Source of the DNA: Chthoniobacteraceae bacterium
GTDB taxonomy: Bacteria > Verrucomicrobiota > Verrucomicrobiia > Chthoniobacterales > Chthoniobacteraceae
Reading direction: 5' to 3'
Assembly (NCBI GenBank): GCA_031409655.1
Contig: JANNXQ010000188.1
Coordinates: 1 to 32,431 of the forward strand
Length of the DNA stretch: 32,431 bases
Positions within the stretch are counted from its first letter, which is position 1. Each line of letters starts with the position of its first letter. Of this stretch, positions 1 to 7,903 are shown one piece after another. The position numbers and the translations under genes are program-made. The notes under the pieces were generated by a model, which was not told where the DNA came from, did no database searches, and saw nothing but the letters and a program-made list of their open reading frames with translations.

Positions 1-744
1 CAAGGCTGCTCCATCTCTCGCCAGCAATGCGTCAACACCTCCACCACCTTCCCTCCATAGCGCCGCGGCGCTCCACCGCGCCCGGAGCCCCGACCGCTCC
101 GTCGCTGTCCGTGCAAGACCTTCAATGCATATTTGCGCTCCCATCCGCTGACCGCGCAAAATTCATCCAGCAGCCGGCTGCGCGCCGCCTCGGCGGTCCT
201 CCGCCCATAGCGTTCGCGGACGCGGAAAATGTATTCAGCAAGACTCTTTTGACTCATGGCGGCGGGCATCCGCCACGGTGTCCTTCATGATGAGGCAATG
301 GAGCTTTCCTCCCGCTCCTCCAAATACTCCCTCGGTGTCCTCTTCAATGAGGCAACACGCAGGGCTAATGGTGAGAGGATGGCGATTTCGGTGCGGGCGG
401 GCACGGCGTAGGGGGGGGCGTTGCCGGTCGGGCGCGGCGGGGGTGGTGGGCTCGGGGAGGCGCGTCCTTTTTGGGCAGGCTTCGCCCAGGCGCGGCCTTG
501 GGATAAAGGCGGCGCCTTATTGGGCGGTGGCTTTTGTTTTTTTCGCCCGCGCTTGCTCTTCGGCGCCGAGTTGGTGGGTGAGTTTTTGGGCGAGCGTGGC
601 GTCGTCCACCAGGCCGAGGAGGTGCCATTGGAGCAGTTCCCAGACGCGTTTGCTGGGGCGGCGTCCGAGGTCGAGCTGGAGGAGCAGCGCGCCGATGAGG
701 GCGAGGTAGAGTTGGTTGGTCGCGCCGCGCGGACTCTCGGCCAG

Positions 745-771
745 CGGGTGCCCTGAGCGCAGTCGAACGGG
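745..771 (-). repeat. 27-bp REP-like imperfect palindrome inserted in frame in the transposase
   Basis: Minus strand reads CAC TGG [CCCGTTCGACTGCGCTCAGGGCACCCG] CTG GCC GAG. Removing the bracket restores HW-LAES. Confidence 0.7.
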
Positions 772-825
772 CCAGTGTCCGCAGCCCATGAGGCATTTCA
801 CCCAGCGGAAAAAATACTCCACTTG

Positions 826-851
826 CTGCAAACCCTGAGCTTGTCGAAGGG
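826..851 (-). repeat. 26-bp REP-like imperfect palindrome inserted in the transposase YREK motif
   Basis: Minus strand reads CGC TGG [CCCTTCGACAAGCTCAGGGTTTGCAG] CAA GTG GAG. Removing the bracket restores YKKRW-QVEYFFR in one frame. Confidence 0.8.
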
Positions 852-1630
852 CCAGCGCTTTTTGTAGAGCAGCGCGGCGTCGGCGGCACGGAGTTCTTCG
901 GGGCCGAGGTTGGTGACGAGGTGGAGGATTTGGCCGGTGATCCCGCGCAGCCAGAGGTGGCGCAGCCGTTCGCTTTGGGTGCGTTTTTTTGGCTCCCGAG
1001 CCGCACCCAGGCCTGCCGCAGGATGCCGCTGCGGGCGTCTTCTTCCCTGACGGGGAGTTCTTCCTCGAGGGTGGGTTCGCGGCCGTGGTCGATGACCCGG
1101 ATGAGGTAGCGGCAGCCTTTGGCGCTCAGGTCGGGCAGTTCGCCGGCGAGGCTGGCGAAGAGATTTTCCAGCAGGGCGAGGTCGATGAGACGCTGCGTCT
1201 CCGAGAAGCAGCCGAGGCTGACTTTGGGGACGCCCATTTTTTCCTGCACGCCGAGCAGCCTGCTGGCCGCGACGATGCCGCGCACGGTGCGCGCGACAGG
1301 GTTGGCGAGGCCGAGCAGGAAAAGGCTCAGGTAATCGCCGAGGGCCAGGCGCCGCTTGGGGTCGGCGAAGGAGCGGTGGAGGGGCGTCTGGCTTTGGGTG
1401 ATGGCTTCCTCGAGCACTTCACGAAAGCGCGACATCATCTTCAAGGAGCGAAGATCTTTTTCGGTGAAGACGGGCGTGGAGTGGGCGCGAGGTGCGGGCA
1501 AGCGAGCGCCCGCAGCCGCGATAACGATCGTACAACTGACAATCACGTGTCAGCACCGTGCCGCATTGAAGGCACTCGGGTTCTTCACTTTCTATGCCAA
1601 ACGTCTTTGGCTGGAAGCCCGCGCTCCTAC

Positions 1631-2494
1631 CTACCGCAGCACGCGATCGACAAAGATCCCGGCGACGAAGACCACGCCGACGAAGGCGTTGCTCGCGAAG
1701 AAGGCGCGGTTGATCGCTTCCAGATCCCGCTGCGCGGCGCTGCGATGCTCATAGACGAGCGCGACCGCGATGGCCGTGAGGCCGCCGTAGTAGGCGGCGC
1801 CGAGCTGCGCAGACACCCCGAACCAGACCAGCACGGCGAGCATGATCCAGTGCAACCGCTGCGCCCACGCGAGACTCCGCGGGATGCCGAGGCGCACGAC
1901 GAGCGAGCGGAGACCCTCGGCCCGATCAAACTCGTGATCCTGCGTCGCGTAGATGATGTCGAAGCCCGCGACCCAGAGCAGCACCGCGAGCGCGAGGATG
2001 AGCGGCGGAAAGGCCCATCCGCCCCAGACCGCCAGCCACGCACCGACGGGCGCGACGGAGAGCGCGAGCCCGAGAAAGAAGTGGCTGAGTGAAGTGAAAC
2101 GCTTCGTGAGCGAGTAGAAGAAGACCAGTGCGAGGGCGACCGGCGAGAGCCGGAAGCAGAGCGGATTGATAAACCACGTGGTCTGCACAAAGGCCGCGGT
2201 GCTCCCGACGAGGAGCGCCCCGGCCGCGGCCCGCGACACGAGTCGATGCCGCCCGACGGTCCGCGGATTGCGCTGATCGATCTGCCAATCCGCGAGCCGA
2301 TTGAAGGCCATCGCCGCCGTCCGCGCGAAGACCATCGTCAGCACGATGAGGCCGAAGATTTTCAGCGACGGCAGCCCATCCGCCGCGACGAGCATGGAAC
2401 CGAGCGCAAAGGGCAGCGCAAAGATCGTGTGCGAGAATCGGACGAACCGCAGCAGTCGAACCGGCAGAAGCTCGCGCGCCGCGCCGTCGCTCAC
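1631..2494 (-). CDS. UbiA-family aromatic polyprenyltransferase (MqnP/4-hydroxybenzoate polyprenyltransferase-like)
   Basis: HTIFALPFA, RTAAMAFNRLADWQIDQRNPRT (NxxxDxxxD), LWVAGFDIIYATQD and multiple TM segments. Its GTG start overlaps the upstream TGA. Confidence 0.9.
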   Translation of the reverse strand: MSDGAARELLPVRLLRFVRFSHTIFALPFALGSMLVAADGLPSLKIFGLIVLTMVFARTAAMAFNRLADWQIDQRNPRTVGRHRLVSRAAAGALLVGSTAAFVQTTWFINPLCFRLSPVALALVFFYSLTKRFTSLSHFFLGLALSVAPVGAWLAVWGGWAFPPLILALAVLLWVAGFDIIYATQDHEFDRAEGLRSLVVRLGIPRSLAWAQRLHWIMLAVLVWFGVSAQLGAAYYGGLTAIAVALVYEHRSAAQRDLEAINRAFFASNAFVGVVFVAGIFVDRVLR

Positions 2495-3057
2495 TTCGGT
2501 TCGGCCGACTTCGGTTCCTCGGCTTCCTCGAAGATGCCGGTGAGCTTGTCATCGACCCGCAGATCCACGAGGCGCCAGACGCTGTCCGCCTTATAGAAAT
2601 AGAAGCGCCAGCGGAGCGGGATCTCTTTGCCCAGCGAGATGTAGGTGGAGCGGATCAAACGCGTGCCGACCTTCTTGTCCTCCACGAGTTCAAAGCCGCT
2701 GATCACGCCGAAGACGTCGATGGCCTCCTTGGTCTTCTGCTTGAGCAGCCGCATCTCCTCCGGACGATCCGCGATGCGCGAACCCTTTGTGAGGGTCGCA
2801 TACGCTTGATCGATCTCGCCTTCGCGCAAGGATGCAAAAAATTGCGCCGCAATCCTCGCCGGAGCTCCTCCGTCGCCGTGCGTCTCCTTGATGTTCGAAG
2901 CCGGAGTGGCCACGGGATTGGCCCCGGTTTGCACGGGCGCTTCAGGCGTCTTCGCGCCCGGTGGAAAGACGAGTGTCTTGGTCCTCGGCTTCTCCTCCGC
3001 AATCGCGAAGGTGCAAAATGCGGCGGTGGCGAGGAGCAAAGAGAGTCGATAGTTCAT
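2491..3057 (-). CDS. Hypothetical exported protein
   Basis: N-terminal signal peptide (MNYRLSLLLATAAFCTFAIA) and a Pro/Ala linker. It has 4-nt overlaps with both neighbours. Confidence 0.75.
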   Translation of the reverse strand: MNYRLSLLLATAAFCTFAIAEEKPRTKTLVFPPGAKTPEAPVQTGANPVATPASNIKETHGDGGAPARIAAQFFASLREGEIDQAYATLTKGSRIADRPEEMRLLKQKTKEAIDVFGVISGFELVEDKKVGTRLIRSTYISLGKEIPLRWRFYFYKADSVWRLVDLRVDDKLTGIFEEAEEPKSAEPK

Positions 3058-3656
3058 GCGAGCAAAGTTTCGAGACGGTGACGGGCCTTAACCGTGAGCG
3101 GCAGACCATGCGCGAAGGTCAGAAGTTCAAAATCAAACCGCAAGAGTTTTCCCAGCGAGCGCCGCATTTCACGGGCGTCCGCGCAGTATTTGTCCGGAAG
3201 CAGCGCAAAGCCCATGGGCTCCAGATGGATGAGCGCATCGCCAACATGCAGCGCCCCCGCCGCCGAGTGCAACGCGATCTCGCCCGCTCCGCCGCCCGGC
3301 AACTCGATGACGCCGAGCGATTCGCAAACCGTCGCCCCTTCACTCAACTCGTGATCGACGGCGAAGCCAAGTTCCGCGACCGCGTCGGGGTGCGCATGGA
3401 TCGGGATCGAAAAGCGCGCCCGGAAATCGGCCGCAGCGCGGGCGTGATTGCCATTCGTGCAGACGATCGCCGCCGGCGGCGCGAGCGGGATCAACTCCGC
3501 GAGCGCATCCTCCGCCAGCGGGATCGGATCGATAAAGACGAGCCCGCTCGGCGTGACGATGGCGCAGCACGAGAGGTCACTTTTCACCGCCGGCTCGTAC
3601 GCTTGCCAGAAAGCGACGCGGGGGGTGATGAGTTGGAATTCTTCAGCGATGGGCAT
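3054..3656 (-). CDS. MBL-fold (metallo-beta-lactamase-like) protein with degenerate metal motif
   Basis: LVFIDP, IVCTNGNHARAA (in place of THxHxDH), GDAL, LTFAHG. Start placed at MPIAEEF (3656) because the longer ORF reads through the repeat element. Confidence 0.7.
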   Translation of the reverse strand: MPIAEEFQLITPRVAFWQAYEPAVKSDLSCCAIVTPSGLVFIDPIPLAEDALAELIPLAPPAAIVCTNGNHARAAADFRARFSIPIHAHPDAVAELGFAVDHELSEGATVCESLGVIELPGGGAGEIALHSAAGALHVGDALIHLEPMGFALLPDKYCADAREMRRSLGKLLRFDFELLTFAHGLPLTVKARHRLETLLA

Positions 3657-3664
3657 GGCGGAAA

Positions 3665-3767
3665 GAGAACATCGATCATCGAACATTGAACATCGAATTG
3701 GCTGTCGATGCCTCCCAGCGAACAACATTCGATGTTCGACGTCCGATGTTCGACGTTCGATGTTCTC
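3665..3767. repeat. Inverted-repeat element with (GAACATC)n / (GATGTTC)n heptamer arms
   Basis: Left arm GAGAACATCGATCATCGAACATTGAACATCGAAT; right arm ATTCGATGTTCGACGTCCGATGTTCGACGTTCGATGTTCTC. Confidence 0.9.
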
Positions 3768-3784
3768 CTACTCCCCACTTCCTC

Positions 3785-4789
3785 ATGTCCACTCCCCGCA
3801 TCCGCACCACCACCGTCGGTTCCTATCCAGTCCCAGACTGGCTCGCCGCGCTCCCCAGCGAGCAAGCGCGCCTCGATGCGACCCGTGTTATCTTCGACAT
3901 CCAGCACCAGGCCGGCATCGACCTGCCGACCGATGGCGAACTCTACCGCTTCGACATCAATCACCCGGACACCAATGGGATGATCGACTACTTCATCCGC
4001 CCTCTCGCCGGCGTCAGCACGGCGGTCGGCGCGAGCGCGTGGCGGCGCTTTGCGGGCACGGCGGCGATGGGCTTCCGCCGCAAACCCGCGGGCATCGTGA
4101 CCGGACCGCTCGGCGAGGGTGGGCTGAATCTTTACGCCGACTGCGCGATGGCCGCGTCGGCGACGGCGTATCCGTTCAAGTTCACCGTCACCAGCCCCTA
4201 CATGCTCGCGCGCACCTTGCTCGACGAACACTACCGGGACTTTGAGAAACTCACCCTCGCGCTCGCCGATCTGCTCGCGGAGCAAGTCCGCGAGCTGCCC
4301 TGCGCCTGCGTGCAGGTGGATGAGGCCAACGTCACCGGCAATCCCGCCGACGCCGATCTCGCGGCGGAGGCCATCAATCGCGTACTCGACGCGGTGAAGG
4401 TCGAGCGCGCGGTGCATTTCTGCTTCGGCAATTACGGTGGGCAAACCATCCAGGGCGGCGAATGGAAGAAGCTCACCAACTTCCTCTCCAAACTGCACAC
4501 CAATCACCTCGTGCTCGAAGTCGCCCACCGTCCGCCGGACGACCTCGATGCGCTGCGCAACGTCGATCTGAAGATCTCGCTCGGCATCGGCGTCATCGAC
4601 GTGAAGGTGAACCACATCGAGACCGCGGATGAAGTCGCGCGCCGCCTCGAAGCTGCCGAGCGGGTGCTCGGCGAAGGCCGCGTCGGCTGGGCCCATCCCG
4701 ACTGCGGATTCTGGATGCTGAAACGCTCCGTCGCGGATCGGAAAATGGCGGCGCTCGTGGCTGGTCGGGACAAGTATCTCGGGCGCTAA
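3785..4789 (+). CDS. Cobalamin-independent methionine synthase II family protein (catalytic domain only)
   Basis: TTTVGSYPVPDWL, Q..AGIDLPTDGE, QVDE, Zn ligands HFC (HxC) and PDCGF, LGIGVIDVK. About 334 aa, so no N-terminal MetE half. Confidence 0.85.
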   Translation: MSTPRIRTTTVGSYPVPDWLAALPSEQARLDATRVIFDIQHQAGIDLPTDGELYRFDINHPDTNGMIDYFIRPLAGVSTAVGASAWRRFAGTAAMGFRRKPAGIVTGPLGEGGLNLYADCAMAASATAYPFKFTVTSPYMLARTLLDEHYRDFEKLTLALADLLAEQVRELPCACVQVDEANVTGNPADADLAAEAINRVLDAVKVERAVHFCFGNYGGQTIQGGEWKKLTNFLSKLHTNHLVLEVAHRPPDDLDALRNVDLKISLGIGVIDVKVNHIETADEVARRLEAAERVLGEGRVGWAHPDCGFWMLKRSVADRKMAALVAGRDKYLGR

Positions 4790-4843
4790 GATTTTCACTG
4801 ACCGAGCGCGGGTCGCGTGTATTCTGCCCGCCTTTCGCCAACC

Positions 4844-5323
4844 ATGGACGAACTCCTCAATCTTCTGCGCCAGAATGCCCGCGCGTCTCTCGAGACGCTC
4901 GCGGCGGAACTCAATTCGACGCCGAAGGAAGTGGCCAAACACATCGCGGAACTCGAGGCAGCGGGCGTGTTGCTTGGCTACCAGGCAATCGTCGATCCCA
5001 GTAAGACGGCGGCGCAGAAGGTGATCGCGTGTGTCGAAGTGCGGATCACGCCGGAACGCGGTGGGGGCTTTGATCGGCTCGCAAATCGCATCGCGCGCTT
5101 CGCGGAAGTGCAGAGCTGTTACCTCATGAGCGGCGGCTACGATCTGCTCGTCGTCGTCGAGGGCAACACCCTGCAAGACGTGGCCTCGTTCATTTCGGAA
5201 AAGCTCAGCACGATCAAAGGCGTGATCTCCACGGCGACGCGCTTCCGGCTGAAGAGTTACAAGGAAAACGGGGTCGCACTGGTGCGCGAAGAAAAGCCAG
5301 ACCGGCTGGCGGTGACGCCATGA
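4844..5323 (+). CDS. Lrp/AsnC family transcriptional regulator
   Basis: LLRQNARAS...LAAEL...LEAAGVLLGY HTH and RAM domain EVQSCYLMSGGYDLLV. Resembles the YugG/AlaR type that precedes an aminotransferase. Confidence 0.92.
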   Translation: MDELLNLLRQNARASLETLAAELNSTPKEVAKHIAELEAAGVLLGYQAIVDPSKTAAQKVIACVEVRITPERGGGFDRLANRIARFAEVQSCYLMSGGYDLLVVVEGNTLQDVASFISEKLSTIKGVISTATRFRLKSYKENGVALVREEKPDRLAVTP

Positions 5324-5324
5324 A

Positions 5325-5475
5325 GGGATTTCAGATTTTAGATTTCAGATTTCAGATTTCGGCGGCCCGAGCCCGCTAGCCGCGCTCTTCGCGGCTCGTT
5401 CAACTTGCTCGCGGAGGAGCGCGGCGCTTTCGCTCTCTCCAAATCTGAAATCTGAAATCTTCGATCTTAAATCCC
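5325..5475. repeat. Inverted-repeat element with (GATTTCA)n / (TGAAATC)n heptamer arms and GC-rich inner stem
   Basis: GGGATTTCAGATTTTAGATTTCAGATTTCAGATTTCGG ... CCAAATCTGAAATCTGAAATCTTCGATCTTAAATCCC, with inner GCCGCGCTCTTCGCG...CGCGGAGGAGCGCGGC. Confidence 0.9.
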
Positions 5476-5476
5476 A

Positions 5477-6661
5477 ATGAATCTCAACAAACGCGTCGCG
5501 CATCACGTGCGCGACATCCCCAAATCCGGCATCCGCGAATTCTTCGACATCGTCGCCCAGGAGAAGGAAGTCATCTCTCTCGGCGTTGGTGAACCGGACT
5601 TCGACACGCCGTGGCACATCCGCGAGGCGGCGATCTACTCCATCGAGCACGGCCGCACCCACTACACGTCGAATCTCGGCCTGCCCGAGCTGCGGAGTTC
5701 CATCTGCCGTTACGTGCAGAAACACTTCAGCGTGGCTTACGATCCGCGCACGGAAGTGATCATCACCGTCGGCGTCAGCGAGGCCCTCGATCTCGCCCTG
5801 CGGGCGCTGCTCAATCCCGGCGACGAGGTGCTCTACCACGAGCCTTGTTACGTGAGTTACTCGCCGAGTGTCGTCATGGCGCACGGCGTGCCGGTGGCGA
5901 TCCCGACGCGCGCCGAGGAGGAATTTCGCGTCACCGCTGAAGCTCTCGCATCGCGGATCACCGCGAAGTCAAAGGTCCTGATGCTCAACTTTCCGTGCAA
6001 CCCGACGGGCGCAACGCAGACCCGGGCGGAGCTGGAGAAGATCGCGCGGCTCGCCATCGATCACGATCTCATCGTGCTGACGGACGAGATCTACAGCGAA
6101 CTTTCCTACGACCACAACGAGCACGTCAGCATCGCCTCGCTGCCCGGCATGAGGGAGCGCACCATTTTTCTGCATGGCTTCTCCAAGGCTTTCGCGATGA
6201 CTGGCTGGCGCATCGGCTACGCCTGCGCGCCGGAACCGCTGACGGATGCGATGATGAAGATCCACCAGTATTCGATCCTCTGCGCCTCGGTGATCGCGCA
6301 AGACGCGGCGATCGAAGCGCTCGAACACGGCGCGCGCGGAGTCGAAGCGATGCGCAAGGAATACGAAGTCCGGCGCAATTACATCGTCCGCGCCTTCAAT
6401 GACCTGGGCCTCCCGTGCCACAAGCCGAAGGGAGCCTTTTATACCTTCCCAAACATTGAGAGCACCGGGCTGAGCAGTCGCGAGTTTTCGCTCGGGTTGC
6501 TCCAGAAAAAAAAGGTCGCGTGCGTGCCTGGCGGTGCCTTCGGTGCGAGCGGCGAAGGTTTCGTCCGCTGCTGCTACGCGACGAGCCTCGAGCAAATCAA
6601 AGTGGCGATGGAGCGCGTGGGCGACTTTGTCGCCGAAACCAGGAAAGCAAAAAAGAAATGA
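5477..6661 (+). CDS. PLP-dependent aminotransferase class I/II (YugH/AlaT-like)
   Basis: SLGVGEPDF, NFPCNPTG, DEIYSEL, and GFSKAFAMTGWRIGY carrying the PLP lysine. Confidence 0.95.
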   Translation: MNLNKRVAHHVRDIPKSGIREFFDIVAQEKEVISLGVGEPDFDTPWHIREAAIYSIEHGRTHYTSNLGLPELRSSICRYVQKHFSVAYDPRTEVIITVGVSEALDLALRALLNPGDEVLYHEPCYVSYSPSVVMAHGVPVAIPTRAEEEFRVTAEALASRITAKSKVLMLNFPCNPTGATQTRAELEKIARLAIDHDLIVLTDEIYSELSYDHNEHVSIASLPGMRERTIFLHGFSKAFAMTGWRIGYACAPEPLTDAMMKIHQYSILCASVIAQDAAIEALEHGARGVEAMRKEYEVRRNYIVRAFNDLGLPCHKPKGAFYTFPNIESTGLSSREFSLGLLQKKKVACVPGGAFGASGEGFVRCCYATSLEQIKVAMERVGDFVAETRKAKKK

Positions 6662-7374
6662 GCCAGGTCACCAAAGCCGTCCTACTCGCGGCCGGCAAAG
6701 GCACGCGAATGCTGGAGCTGACCAACGAACTCCCAAAACCGATGCTTGCCGTGCAAGGCCGGCCCATCCTCCTGCACATCGTCGATGGCCTGCGCGCGGC
6801 CGGCGTCACCCGCATCCTGATCGTCGTGGGTTATCGGGCGGAAGTGGTACGCGAGTTCTTTGGCGACGGGAGCAAGTTTGGCGTCGCGATCGAATACATC
6901 ACCCAAGAGGTCCAGGACGGCACGGGGCGCGTCGTTGAACTGGCGCGCGACTTTGCCGGCACCGATCCCTTCGTCCTCAGCTATGGCGACATCCTCATGA
7001 ATCCCGAGAACTACCGCCGCCTCACCGTGCCCGGCGACGCCGAGGCGCTGATCAGCGTGAAACACAATCCCGGCGAAATCGCCAAGGGAGGTGCGGTCTT
7101 CGTGAACGAGCGCTTCGAACTCACCGACCTCCGCGAAAAGCCCGCGCCCGGCGAACCGACGAGTCCCTGGTATAACGCGGGCATTTACACGTTTCGCCCG
7201 AGCATCTTTGAGTTCACGGCGCGGTTGGAAAAATCCCCGCGCGGCGAATACGAACTGACCGACGCCATTCGTGCCTTGGCACTCAGTGGCCGCGTGGTGC
7301 AGGCCTTTGAGTTAAAAGGCGATTGGGCCGACGTCCGCGATCCCACGGTGCTCGCGGAACTCAACGCCCGCTAG
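6658..7374 (+). CDS. Sugar-phosphate nucleotidyltransferase family protein
   Basis: KAVLLAAGKGTRM...LPKPML, LSYGD, REKP, SPRGEYELTDAI. ATGA overlap with the aminotransferase stop. Confidence 0.9.
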   Translation: MSQVTKAVLLAAGKGTRMLELTNELPKPMLAVQGRPILLHIVDGLRAAGVTRILIVVGYRAEVVREFFGDGSKFGVAIEYITQEVQDGTGRVVELARDFAGTDPFVLSYGDILMNPENYRRLTVPGDAEALISVKHNPGEIAKGGAVFVNERFELTDLREKPAPGEPTSPWYNAGIYTFRPSIFEFTARLEKSPRGEYELTDAIRALALSGRVVQAFELKGDWADVRDPTVLAELNAR

Positions 7375-7381
7375 GCCGCGC

Positions 7382-7903
7382 CTAGCGGTCTTCGAGGGAG
7401 AGCTCGCGACCGCTCTTCGCGGCTAGTCCGGGACGGTGAAACTGAACCGTGAGCGACTGCTCGCCGCACTGGAGCACAACGCTCCCGTCGGTGATCTGCT
7501 GCAAGCGAATCCTCGGGGCCGCCTGCGCCGGAGCCGCCACCGGAGTGACACCGGGCGGGACGGCAGCCTTGGCGGTTTTCAGATATTCGCCTTCGCCGTA
7601 GGCGCGGCCATTGATGACCGCGAGTGACGGTGAGCCGAGGAGAATGCTAGTGATCTTAAACTGGCTCGCATCGAGCGTCGCGACCTTCTGCGCCACGGGT
7701 GCCGCCACCGCACCGACCGGCGCCGTCTTCGCAGGCCTGGCGAAGCCAATGGGCCAGAACGGGGCGCGAGCCTCCGCGGCGGTGGTGAATGTCGAGCGGT
7801 GCTTTACCTGATAGGCCAGAGGTGCCGGCGTCTCCTCTGCCCCAGCGACGGTGAGCGCGAAAAGGCTGATGGTAAGAGTGTGAACGGCGAGTTTGGTGTT
7901 CAT
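7382..7903 (-). CDS. Hypothetical exported protein, PilP/MshK/GspB-like C-terminal domain
   Basis: Signal peptide, R-APFWP, and FKITSILLGSPSLAVINGRAYGEGE...IRLQQITDGSVVL. ATGA-coupled to the pilO-like gene. Confidence 0.6.
   Translation of the reverse strand: MNTKLAVHTLTISLFALTVAGAEETPAPLAYQVKHRSTFTTAAEARAPFWPIGFARPAKTAPVGAVAAPVAQKVATLDASQFKITSILLGSPSLAVINGRAYGEGEYLKTAKAAVPPGVTPVAAPAQAAPRIRLQQITDGSVVLQCGEQSLTVQFHRPGLAAKSGRELSLEDR

Larger units (their letters stand above)
517..1480 (-). pseudogene. IS4-family DDE transposase pseudogene (internal deletion, frameshifts, two small insertions; 5' end approximate)
   Basis: Three pieces can be joined: N-terminal ...DPKRRLALGDYLSLFLLGLANPV...VSLGCFSE; then, after a -1 shift at the A7 tract (984-990), ...ILHLVTNLGPEEL...LLYKKRW; then QVEYFFRWVKC...LAESPRG..QLYLALI. 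YxxRWxVExxFRxxK is the IS4 YREK signature. The central region with the first catalytic Asp residues appears to be missing. Confidence 0.8.
342..1571 (-). mobile_element. Degenerate IS4-family insertion sequence (boundaries tentative)
   Basis: An imperfect inverted repeat, CTTCAATGAGGCA (342-354) versus TGCCGCATTGAAG (1559-1571; reverse complement CTTCAATGCGGCA), brackets a transposase remnant. No direct target duplication is visible. Confidence 0.55.

Noticed and set aside
3686..3784. N-terminal extensions of ORFs 3686-4789, 3054-3728, 20883-21926 and 19886-20881
   Set aside because: The extensions are translations of the repeat elements (SNIEHRT/MFDVR-type peptides). Family similarity begins at the downstream starts.
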